From the NCBI RefSeq assembly GCF_006345805.1, contig NC_043009.1, positions 14,756,001 through 14,820,000 on the forward strand: DNA of 64,000 bases, in the 5' to 3' direction. The notes below the pieces were generated by a model that was given only the letters and a program-made list of their open reading frames with translations, did no database searches and was not told the DNA's origin. Origin of the DNA: Octopus sinensis (taxonomy: Eukaryota). Positions 51,907 through 64,000 of the stretch are shown here, piece after piece. The translations under genes and the position numbers were made by a program. Positions within the stretch are counted from its first letter, which is position 1. Each line of letters begins with the position of its first letter.

Positions 51907-52250
51907 TTACAATTACGTACAATATGTACAATTATGGTTTATAAATCTATTCCCCTATCCTTCCTTAATACTGGTTCCCATATGCTATTCATATCTGCAC
52001 TCGGTCTGCTTAAGACGCTGTGTCCTAACATATGTGCTGCTTCTTTAGTTTTCGTATGTTCCAGTGCTGTTCTCTGTCTATTATTTTAATTTCATCCCAC
52101 AGGGGGAGTGGTCTCCATTTTTCCATACATGATCAGCTATACCCGATTTATCAATATCTCCCCGAGTCACAGCTTTGCGATGTTCCTCTACCCTTCGCAA
52201 TTATCTCCTTCGAGTAAAACCACCAGTAGAAGAGCATATGTGTAGAATTA

Positions 52251-52443
52251 CTCTTTTACTTGTTTCAGTCATGTGACTGTGGCCATGATGGAGCACCGCC
52301 TTTAGTCGAGCAAATCGACCCCAGGACTTATTCTTTGTAAGCCTAGTACTTAATCTATCGGTTTCTTTTGCCGAACCGCTAAATTACGGGAACGTAAACA
52401 CACCACAATCGGTTGTCAAGCGATGTTGGGGGGGACAACACAG

Positions 52444-52482
<39 letters not shown>

Positions 52483-52656
52483 CATATATACGACGGGCTT
52501 CTTTCAGTTTCCGTCTACCAAATCCACTCACAGGGCTTTAGTCGACCCGAGGCTATAGTAGAAGACACTTGCCCAAGGTGCCACACAGTGGGACTAAACC
52601 CGGAACCATGTGGTTGGTAAGCAGGCTACTTACCACACAGCCACTCCTGCGCCTAT
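52251..52656 (-). mobile_element. 32115-family SINE, full length
   Basis: Reverse-complement match to 32115-32561. Confidence 0.92.
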
Positions 52657-53914
52657 TAGCATAATATTCTGTAAATATGCTTAATAAATGCAGATATGAT
52701 GGGTGCATATTTATTTTAGAATCGAACTGAGCTAAATTTATGTCGCAGTATCTGTGAAATTTAGTGGAAGGTACAAACGCTTTTGTCGTTTACATACACA
52801 GGAAACTCTGGCAATCTTCGAGGATGATAATTTGAAATTATCAAATAAACAAAGCCGTTTAATAATTAACGGGTCTTTAAAAATGCCATGAATAGCTGTT
52901 GGAATAAATGCACAGTTGATTCGATATAACTCAATTAAACGGTATGTGAATATACGTTAAACCATTTAATTGTCTTACATCTTTTTTACTTTCTTACCAT
53001 TCATTTTCTCATTTCAGTTGTGAGGGAAGGAATCTATTGAAATGAAATATACGTAGGAATATAAAGTTAATATGCAGGCAATGTCTTTTTCAATGTAATA
53101 ATTCTAAAAACATTCCCATATATAATTGTATTTAGACTTAAAAGGGATTTTGTTCACACCTATATGTATATATACATTTTAATGTGTACTGTCAAAATCA
53201 TACTATAATTGTGTTAGGAGTGTTCTAGGTTAAGTTAAACTAATGGTAAAACGATGACCAGTCAGTACTATGAGGATTATTTTCTTGTTCCTATGCTTTA
53301 CTTTTCAGGTCATTGACAGAATTACTTTCTTATTTATTGATAGCGTTTGCATTTGATCTACCATATAATATATTAGTTTTCATGCTATTGATTTGCATAT
53401 AATTTATTACCTTCGTGTACAGTGGTACATGAAGGTAATAAATTAAGTGTTATTAGGTAGTGAATAGATTACATCAGCCAATATAGTTTTAACAGATAAG
53501 GGAATATCTCCCATTGGCTCCTTTACGTTTTACTTTCTTTGAGAAATAATCAACCCTGTTATAAACGATTCGTGTTTGTGTAGACGTGTTGCTTACATTT
53601 GTTATCTATTATACATACTGAGATACATTTATGAAGCTTGCTTTCCACAGATGCTGCAGAGTAGCTTGCCATGTCGTGGGTGTTTCTTTGGTCTAAATGT
53701 GCTATCGTGTGTATGTACAATTTGTTTCTACAAGAGCATGCTCTTGTTGGTGTCTGTCTATCACACGCATATCTATCCTGCACTATAAATTCTATATCAA
53801 AATGTCATGAAGTGCTTTCCTGCGGGACAATATGTATTATGATTTTGAAGTCTATTTTATGATGCCAATAATACACAAGTTATCGCTTGTGAATTTCTAA
53901 AACTTGTTTACTGC

Positions 53915-54205
53915 ATTGGGGCGTGGTTTCGCGATTAGGGTAATCGGTGTGTTGCTTCCTTCAGCAATACACTTTATTTCACATTACCCCTGTCCTCTCA
54001 GCTCCCGAAAATGAGTTGTGCATGTAAAATAATTCAAAGGGCCGGCCCTATTATATTCTCTGTGACACTGAATCTCGCTGAGAACTACGTGAAGGGTACC
54101 CGTGTATTAGGAGTACTCAGTCACATGCACATTAATTTCATGAGCAGGCTGTTCCGTTGATTGGATCTACTGGAACCTTGTCGTCGTAACCCACGGAGTA
54201 CCAGT
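53915..54205 (+). mobile_element. Diverged SINE related to 9647-10025
   Basis: Shared 3' body sequence. Confidence 0.7.
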
Positions 54206-54521
54206 TATTTCATTTAATACATTCACAAACTTATTGAAAATTATTATCAGTCACAGAATCAGTATTAATACAAAAAAAAGAACACAACTGTTATATACAA
54301 TTGAACGTGGATATTTTGTTAGAACGCTGAATACTGCGATATTCAGCTTGAGAGGTCCTCTCATACAGATGAGTGGTAGAAAAGACCACATGTAGGGCGT
54401 CAGAACTGCCAGGTCATGTCATTTTAATGTGCTGCATATCTCAGCGGCAGATGCTTACTCGCCGTATAGCAATGAAATCTCACTGCTCTATTTTCTCATC
54501 TTATGCGTATATATATATATA

Positions 54522-54823
54522 CTGTTTTTGAATTTGGTTTGCAAGATTTGTAAATGAGTTCGTGTGTTGAAGCATAGTCTGTTGTGTGTGGAGAAAGTCA
54601 TTCTCTTCTGGTGCCTTATAATTTGATACACTCACCGGTAAAATTTCCACGTATTTCTTTTTTATTTTTCTAAAGTTTTCATTGAGCCTTGCAACCTTTT
54701 CAACTATTGAAAAGGTTGCAAGAATCAACAAAAATTTTAGAAAAAAAAATAATGGTGATTTTACCTGTGAGTGTGGTAAACTATAAGGGGCCAAAAGAGA
54801 ATGACTTTCCCCAGACACAACAG
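54522..54823. mobile_element. Fold-back element in (TA)n, ~120 bp imperfect arms
   Basis: Arms 54579-54703 and 54707-54823 around a CTA loop (TTGCAACCTTTTCAA-CTA-TTGAAAAGGTTGCAA). TA tracts on both sides. Confidence 0.8.
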
Positions 54824-54835
54824 TATATATATATA

Positions 54836-56950
54836 CCGTATTTCCCGGCGTTGAAGGCGCTACTATTTTTCCTAAAATAATCCTCAAACATTTACCATGC
54901 ATCCTGGAGACCGAAGCTTGCGTTTTTCATAGGCATATCCTAACCCAACTCCAGAGGAAAATTATCTATGCTAGACGGTAATCTGAACGCCTCTATATCA
55001 CCGCCCAGTGAAGTGTGTAAATTATATTTTGTTAGAGTAGTAAATAAGCATAATTATTATAAATTTTGTTTTAAATATACTCAATCACAAAAGTACATTC
55101 CCGAATCGGCAATGTATGTTTGACGAGGCAACTGACAGGTGATATTTTACATGCGTATCTATCAGGTTGAGTTGTGAAAAAAGTTGTGAAAAAAGCATCG
55201 TTTTGAATCATGAAGCATTTGTACAGAATTTTTGGAGAGTTTTGAATGTTTGTAAACGTATTTTTGCAATTGTCAGAAAACACATAGACTTGCCCAAATG
55301 CATTGATAAATTAACAATCATATTTTTTCATCTTTTTTCGACAAAAAAAAAACCCCACACGATTTGAATGAAAATCAGAAAATGTGCAGATATGAAATTT
55401 GCTTATCGCCTTGTCTCCACAACCAGACCGATCCATTTCTCGAACGTATTGTAGCTTGCGATGAAAAGTGGATTCTGCACAATAATAAAAAAACCTCCAC
55501 CCCAATGGTCGGACCAATATGAAGTACCGAAAACCTCTCCCTAAAACAGAACTCTTGAAAAAGAAGATTATGGTGACAGCTTGGTGGTGTACTGCTGGAC
55601 TAATCTAGTTCTTAAACCCGGAAAAACAATTACTGCAGAAACATATTGCCATGAAATTGTCAAAATTAACGAAAAACCGATATTTCTCCATCCAAGACTG
55701 GTCAACAGAAGAGGACCAATCGTTCTTCATGCCAATGCTCGACCACATGTTTCAGTAATGACAATCGAAAAGTTGAGGAATCTTGGCTACGAAGTTCTTC
55801 CCCGCCCAGCTTATTCCGCAGACCTCTTTCCTACGAACTACCACTTTTTCAAGCACTTTGATGATTTCCTTCCAGGGAAGGAGTTCAGAAATCAAACCGA
55901 TGCTGAAAGTGCGTTCAAAGAGTTCATCAGCTCCAGAAATCCAGATTTTTATGTCACCGGAATAAACAAACTTGTAAATCATTGGCATAAAATTTGTTGA
56001 TTGTAATGGTACTTACTTTGATGAATAACATTTTGACATTGTTGAAATATATTGTGACGAATTTCATGTTTCAAAACGTTGCTTACTTATTACTCAGCCC
56101 GATATTTTGCCGGTATTGTCATGCTCTTCAAACAACCTGACTTCAAAAGAACATTATTAACTGACGAAATATGTAAAACTGCGGTATGTTAAAGCGGTTT
56201 ACAAGCAAATATTAATAGCAATACCATCGTAATCACTTGTTCACTTGCTGTGATGAAACGTGTAATTTTCAGGCAGCAACATAGGCAGTCTCTTTGATCA
56301 GTGAAAGACATGGTTTTAACAAGTTCAATAACAAGTTCAAACCTGGACCTGCTGAGGTTAGGACTGATCTGCAATTTCAGAAGATTTTACTTAAAAGATT
56401 TGGTACAACAATTATTATGGTAACTTCAAAGAGAAGATTTCTTACACAATTGGCTACAAGCTACAAATGATTGAATATGCTAATCAGCATGGACAGAGAG
56501 CTGTAGAGGTATTTTGGAGCACCGCCAATTGAGAAAATTGTCCGCTACTGGAAGAAACACGAGGAAACGTTGAAGCCTGCATAAAGATTTAAGCGAAACC
56601 TGGATCAGACTGCAGCTAAGTGGCCAGAACTGGAGCAAGAGGTGAAGGGGTGTATAGACGCGGAGAGAAATTTGGGTCTTGCAGTGTTAATAAAAATGAT
56701 TATTATTTAATCAAAAGTGAGGGCAACAGCACGGGGTCTAGGTAATTTTGGTGGCACATCAAGCTGGTATTACAGATTTATAAAGCGGCACGATCCGGCA
56801 ATGAGAATGAAAACAAGAATAGCACCTAAAATACCTTGACATTATGATAACATAATAATCGATATTCACGGATTGATAATCTGTACAAAAGACAGACTAC
56901 GAACTGGGTCACATCGGAAAAACGGATGACGTGTCACTAACGTTTGATTG
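54836..56950 (+). mobile_element. pogo/Tc2-like DNA transposon relic interrupted by a mariner
   Basis: TA-CCGTATTTCCCGGCG terminus. Transposase relic 56416-56947: SYTIGYKLQMIEYA, AAKWPELEQEV, SWYYRFIKRH, IGKTDDVSLTFD (cf. IGNMDEVPLTFD). Right end not found. Confidence 0.7.
55162..56102 (+). mobile_element. Internally deleted mariner transposon
   Basis: TA-TCAGGTTGAGT ... ACTCAGCCCGA-TA ends. IVACDEKW, VLHANARPH, PAYSADLFPTNYHFFK and GINKLVNHWHK (ORF 55581-56000); the N-terminal HTH region is missing. Confidence 0.88.
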
Positions 56951-59900
56951 GTACCAAACAGAGGAGTAGATGTTAACTATTTTCCTATACTCGTATGTTT
57001 AATGTTTGCACACATTTTTCAATTGAAATTTAATTGTAACGTTTGTTTTGCCATGTCTGCGAAAATTTTACTAATAGCAATAACGTGAAATATTTTCAGG
57101 ATCTGAAGATTAAAATATGCTTTCTGTTTTCTTTTTTTTTTTTTTGTTCTATTTGGGATATCATGTTCGTGTGGTACTTCTATATATGGTAGCAACAAGC
57201 AAAGTATTTGCAGAATTTCGTAATAGAATTTGTTTGTGTAGATTTTACTGTAAACTTTATTTTATTTTGATTTTTTTCTATTTAGGATGTCATGTTCATG
57301 TACTATTTTTTACAAAGTGTAACTTCAATACAATAGTATTCCATATTTCTCACAATGATTATCCTATTTTAGACTTTAGTTTTTCCTTTGTCTGGAACAA
57401 ACAAGAAATGTACTGTATACGTCTACATCCAGTACTACCAAAATCTTAAAATACTGCACCAGATGTAGCCTGGCCCACTTGCATTAATTGAGACACTCTT
57501 AACCAAGAACTTTCCTGATGAAACACATGAAAATAAAAATCACTGCTCGGCCGAACGGTGAATTGTCGAACTGGAGTAACGTTGTGCAGAAGTAGATCCA
57601 GACATTTTCGGTTGTGGTGGGTCTGACGTCTGATTCATTGCAATTGCTCGATAAAATAACTGTGTAATATGTTCAGAGAAAATGAAATAAATAATTTTTA
57701 TGCGGAACCCTTCAAGGTTTTTTGTTGCTAGTACGAAAATATGATTTCTCTCATACATATTTAAAGAAAACAGTCAAATTTGAATTGTTTCTTGATAGGT
57801 AAGGGGTGAATCTCCCCTATCACCCTCTCTGAATCCATCCTTGTCGTAGTGTGCTTTTAGTATCACAGTGGGTGCATAACAGTAGGCGTAAACTTTGAGA
57901 GTAAACTTACAACACCACGTCTCTGTACTGAAGGTCACTCAAAACAAAATAAATTCACGGATACATAACGTAAGAGATAGCGCAGATGAGAGTTAGACGA
58001 ACAGCCAAAATAAATTCGGGGAAACTTTTTGAGTAGCGTGCTGGAGGTAACAGTGATTGTTTTTTCATTGCATCTGTGAAGGTAACAAGATACGAAGTGT
58101 TTATTTTTATGCTTATCATTTTTTCCTAAAGTTTTGGTCGTCAAATTTGGGTACGTCCTCGAGGATGATGCGTCGTCAACGCCGTGGAAATATGGTATGT
58201 GTGTACTAGTGTTTGTATTCTCCAACTTGTAAGCATATCTCGTAGTTCTTCATTGATATGCATATGAGTGATTATATAAATGTAGCAAAAGAGGCCCACG
58301 CAATTTAAGTTTTCAGAAGGCCAATAACCTAAACTCCTCAAGATGTCGAAAAATATCCAGAAATGTTTTATATTTAAGTAACATTCAATTTGTAATTTAA
58401 AATAAACTTCCTTATAGTTCCTTTGCACCTTGAATTTCAGAAAGGCTTATCAATGTCAATACTGGTGTTGTCCTAGGTTTCTGCAGCCTATAAGATTCTT
58501 TTCAATGTTTTTTAATGGGAATTTCTAGACTAAAGTGATAGTATATCACACGACAATACAAACTGAATATTCGTTTAAAATTTACATATAAATGGTTGTA
58601 AGAAAAACTAAGGCTGCTTTTTCTTTCTACTGAATAAAAGTACAGTACAAAACTTTCTTCCAAAGTACTATGTGCATGGCCTTTAGAAGGAACTATACAA
58701 ACGCTTTCAACATTTTCAAAGAAAATAATTTCAGCAACCATAAACATCCATGATCTAAATGCTTAATTCATTGCAGGAGAGTAACTAGATTGTTTCTTTT
58801 TAATATTATACTGCATAATAATTGCAGCACTTTGAAGTCTTCCCTTGAAACATTGGAATACGACCACTATATTTATTGATTATTTGTGGATCATTTAAAA
58901 TAAGCTAACATCAAAAAAATTTCTTTCACTTTTCACTGCCTCCATTAGGCACGTGTATGCAAAATTTTCATGTTATCAAATAATAACATATATGTGTGTT
59001 CGTGTGTATGTGTTCTTTTGTGCCAACGTACATCTATACTCATATATATATGTGTGTGCATGTGTGTGTGTGTGTGTGTGGTGTGTGAGTGTGTATATGT
59101 GCGAATGTGGGCCTGGTTGCGTGACTGCTTTCTCATATAACCATATTGATATATTTTATGTTGCATTTGACTTCTTCACAATTCCCACCGAATATATTTC
59201 TGAATCTTACTTACCATTTAATTAGGTGAACTAATCTTTTGTAAGTACAGAACACAGAATCTCTCCTGCATATGTACAAATGGCAATTTTGTACTACATA
59301 TGAAATAGAACGGTATTCAATCGTCACTGATTACTATACGGTAAAAACATACTGGTGAAAATCCAATACGATTTTATGAGAGATATTTCTGAGAGTACTA
59401 GATTTTTTTTCTGGAAAGTGACATTTCCAGTTTACGTAATCATTCCCTTGCTGAGATTCAGAAAGCAGGCCAGGAATCAATGGCTGTATTAGTCATCATT
59501 GTATGTGTAGGTGTATATCCATAATTAATTATTTCTAAGAAAAAAATAAATGAAAAAGATAAAAAAATATTATTTCCTAAGGAAACAAAACATTGCAACA
59601 CTCCTCATAGTACAGCAATTTAAAGCTATACATATTTTGATTTGATTTCAACGCTGAGTGAAGTATTAACACAATAACGACTGTCCGCCCACATACTCTC
59701 TCTTTGAAGACATTATAAGCGGCTAATACTTCGTTCTATGATTGCATCTATTATTACGCGTTAAGCCTAATATTTGCTTGAAATTATCTTCCAGCTTTCA
59801 ACGAAAATATTTTTTCGAATTTAAATAGTTAATGACTTACTACGGATTTAAAATAACTTGTTAAAAAATTCATATATACTTTTTGATGCATTAGGAGAGC

Positions 59901-60053
59901 TCATCTGGTCAAAAAATTATGGAAGTGATATTTAAGATCTCATTGATCATATTTATTCTGTCATATTGCTTAGTGGTGGAAATACAATAAATATGAAGTA
60001 TATAACAAAAGTAACAGAAAACTTCTCAAGTACTTTTCAAATTTTCTATTTTA

Positions 60054-60087
<34 letters not shown>

Positions 60088-60089
60088 AT

Positions 60090-60638
60090 ACAGTGTACGT
60101 TTAAACACATCAGAAGAATCCACTCATGGGATTCCTCACGCTAGAAAGAGTAGCTAGGTTCCAAAACCACAATATTAGGGATAAAATCCCGAAAGGAACG
60201 AAATGAAAAAATAGAAGCTTTTATCATCTAGCTTCCTGGAACAACTGGTTTCTGATTTTAGTTTAGGAAATAAGATAATTTGCTAGGTGAAATCGTAATC
60301 AACAGGTACACCTCAGATTAAATATATACACACGAGGCAATCAATTATATGACTCTTGTTTATACATCCTAATTTCTTACAAAACTACTGCGCATGCGCA
60401 GCTTCTCGTCGGCAATAAAAAATGCCAACTTTTGAAATTATCCAAAAACTTACAATACTTAATCATATCGAAGGGAAATAGAAATTAATAGAAATGTTCA
60501 CTTCCAGTGGCCTAGCGTGTAAAAATTTAGTCCAAAGACTATGTATTACTCATAAAATACAGTGTACATTTAAACACATAAGAGGAATCCACACATGGAA
60601 TTCCTCACGCTAGAAAGAACAGCTAGGTTCCCAAACCA
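60090..60638 (+). repeat. Two diverged ~80-bp direct repeats (60090-60168, 60559-60638)
   Basis: ACAGTGTAC..TTAAACACAT..GAATCCAC..ATGG.ATTCCTCACGCTAGAAAGA..AGCTAGGTTCC.AAACC occurs at both positions. Confidence 0.8.
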
Positions 60639-63600
60639 GCGTATGTATGTATTTGTGTGGCAAAAATACTGGAATTGATTAACTAAAAGCGAGCACTCCC
60701 ACAACAGGACCATTCAGGTCTTCATATCGGTCAAAAGATCCGGGATAAACTCCAGTATCTTGAGGGAATCGGACCGTTGCAAACCCATCATATTTTCCGG
60801 ACAAGCTCTCTCGGACCATTATTTCGATGTATGACTCACTTCCTGCGCTCGTGACACTTGATCAATAATGAGCAGATGGCAACTTTAATGAAGAAGTTCC
60901 TTATTTTGAAGGGCAAGAATTGGTATAAGCGATGGGAAAAAAAACTCGTAGAAAGGTGGCATTAGATGACGTAACATAACGATATCTACTTTGAATGTTA
61001 GGCCGCTTTTGTTGTAACTTTACGAATAAATCAAATACGTCACCAAAGTATTGCAAAGCTTTTGACTCGGGACAATATTTAAAATATCTGTCGTCAAATT
61101 GGAGTATTGATCACTAATGTGTACAGAGTAGAGTGGCGTCGAGTAAAAGAGTTATATATTTAGTTTTCTAATGATTTACAGCTATTTCGATCTATTTAGA
61201 TGTATATCCAACTTGATTCGCGTTTACATTTCAGTTTTATTTACCCTCTCATAAACAGCGATCCTAAATCTCTTCATCCTGAAATGAAAACTTTCAATCG
61301 ATCTTCACAAGTTTGTATGAAGGCATCTGTCTGCAACACCTCAGTTCATTGTACGAGGGAGTTGGCGACAAATTTGTCTTATTCATATCAGTGGTAAACA
61401 TTTCTGAAGTGTATAAGGAGTCACTGTATATTTTATTGCCTCTGCTTTGAATTATATGTGTTACACAATTATAGGTGTTACACACACATGCATCGGTTTC
61501 AAAGTTTTTATATCATATGTTCCTGTTTTACTGTAATCTGTACAATTGCTCTTTAAAACATGTGTACTGAAACATATACAGTTTTAAATTATACTGCAAG
61601 TCATTTATTTGCAAAAGATAATGTACAGAAACATAAGAAAAGTATAGATAATTATATTGGGAAATAGCATTGAGACTTTCATGTTTGTATGTAAAAAAGA
61701 AGAATGGAAAGGAAACAAAATGGAAAACTCCTTTTTCCATTCATTGGGTAACGTTGAAATATGATTTGCTATTATCAATAGTTCTGATATAATATTCATC
61801 CATTAGTTCAATTAGATTTTGAAGCTGTAAAACTTGTAGATGCATTCATGCAAATACCCTTTCAAATCAATCCAAATGAGTGTTTTTCTATTACAATTTA
61901 ATCAAAATAGGAACATATAAAGTGCAATGTTTTGCAGTGAATTAATGTCGTATTTTTGGAATCTTCCAGTATAAATGATTGCAAATTTCCTCTGAGAATA
62001 CAATATCAATTTCCATATCTCTGAGTAAATCCTTCGCTTGAAACCGTAGCAGACTTGACATTAAAGTGGCGTTTCAATATATAACACTTTAGAAAACAGA
62101 TATGTGAGGAATATTTGTGAAATATTTGGGACGATATATTTCTAGATTCATGCAAATATTACCTTATTCTTTGCTATATTTAGTAAAATTACAAAAGGTT
62201 GCGAAGAAGGATTATCGAAAATCCATGTATCCCATGTGATAGCATACATTGTTTTTATATTAACATTTATATAATTCATAACACCAAATCAGTTTAAATG
62301 AACCACGTATCTTAAATATGGTTTCGTATTTCAGCTGCGGCAAAATGATTAAATTCCGTATTTTCTTCATAGGTAACTTGCCCAATTTCAGACAGAGCGG
62401 CAGCAGGAAACACCTATTTGATTAATCTTTTGAAACTTCCCTGATACAGCATAGCATTCCCATATATATATTTCAGTTGTGAGTGTTAAGTTTCAAGAGG
62501 CTTTTGCAAAGCTATGAATTCATAGTTCATACAGGAATAGCCATGGACAAAATCACCGTTTCATGTCTTGAGACTGATTCTTATATAATTTAAAATGTAT
62601 TGCATAATTGAATATATTATATAATCTTTAAAGATTTTGAGGTATAATTAAATGAAAGAAATAATTGTAAGCAGAAGTAGACAAATAATATTGGACAGTC
62701 TCCAGACAGGTCGTTTAAAATGAAGAACGCCTTCGGATGCTCTTTACATAGGTATAAATATTTATAGGTCTTGGGTATATTTCAGACAAATTTGATTTGA
62801 CCATCATTATGAAAGTAGATTCATATCATATTCAGTTCAACCGATAGATACAGAAATTGGCAGTCATAAAAATATTGAATAAAATTTCTACTTTCTTTAT
62901 ATTTGTTTTGTTTAACCTCTTTTCAAATTATTTAATCACATTTAGTTAAGTTCTTCTTTGAGCTGAGTCCTTTCCTTCATTTAAAGAGTTTATAAAAGGT
63001 ATTATGGATAGAACAATGTAATCAATAAACTAAGATGCAAAATATTCTGCTTGTATAGAAATCATGAAGTAAACGACCTTAAGGTTTATAGGTTTCTGTA
63101 CTTTATTTTCAGATATGACATTGCGATAAGAAACTTCCCACCAGGAAATAAAATACTAGAACCTTTTAGAAAGGCATTTTCAAATGGAAAAGGAAGTAAA
63201 ATCCCAAAATCACACAATAGCATCAATAGTAAAGAGAAATTGAGAAATAGCACATCGGAAAACGTTTTTTGTGAATAGCTAATAAAATAAGGCATATTTC
63301 TGCAATGAAATATAATGCTTACAAGGATTTGTTAAATAAATGCATTACCAAGGCGATATATAATATTGCTCAAATTATTTCAATGAAAAGCAAAAATCTT
63401 CAATAATAACACTTTGTGGGTAATAATACTTGATTGGATAGAAAAGATCTTATGGTACTAAACAACCTCACTCTGTCATATATTGCTTCTGTGAAATCAA
63501 AACTTTGTGGAATTAACAAAGAAATTAGAATATAAACGCTACAAGCAAACTGGCTCTGTTGAAAGCATACATAGAAGCATAGAGTAGTCCTAACATAATA

Positions 63601-64000
63601 CACCTTCCCTATGTATGACCTTTTCCAAACACCTATATACCACAAATGGCTACCTCCCCCAGCAATATTCTATTCACATATTGTATATTTATTTAACTAG
63701 ACAGATGTTCTTTAAAGAAGAAATATTTCTTCAGAACTGAAGGACTTACTTTCGACAAAATAATCCTAGTTACACACAGAAAACATATAAATGAGGCAAC
63801 TAAATAATGCAATTGGATAACACAATAATACTGTTGGATATAACCATAACACAATTAGATACAACAATAATACAATTAGATATTTACAAGCTGAAAGCTT
63901 GGTAGAATCGTAACTTCTCCAACACAGAACATTTTTAGAAGGACTAACACCACCACCGCACCCCAAGAAATTCTATTGACATTTTTCCAGAAAGTTCTAG

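Noticed and set aside
63112-63190. TIR-domain-like peptide DIAIRNFPPGNKILEPFRKAFSN after a good splice acceptor (TTTATTTTCAG)
   Set aside because: The similarity to RDFxPGxxIxE is short, the following sequence does not continue as a TIR domain, and I found no partner exons. An HMM search or RNA-seq would settle it.

Overview
AT-rich, microsatellite-dense eukaryotic non-genic DNA. The SINE families suggest an octopus (coleoid cephalopod), which is my recognition and not a database result. No host protein-coding gene can be supported. The window is dominated by mobile elements: tRNA-derived SINEs, CR1 and R4/Dong LINE 3' ends, mariner, pogo, maT-like and hAT DNA transposon relics, and two Helitron-type elements. 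The centrepiece is a young ~6.3 kb Penelope-like element (PLE, 15289-21557, minus strand) with direct and inverted pseudo-LTRs. It has a coiled-coil/Pro-rich ORF1 that overlaps an ATG-less RT/GIY-YIG ORF2 in the -1 frame at a U_UUU_UUA heptamer (gag-pol-like layout), and a U3/A8-variant hammerhead ribozyme in each pLTR. At least three other hammerhead-bearing non-autonomous families also occur, including a tRNA-headed (Pol III) SINE carrying a hammerhead and a 449-bp palindrome encoding a hammerhead on each strand. Together these point to a PLE/hammerhead 'retrozyme' system that favours (TA)n repeats.
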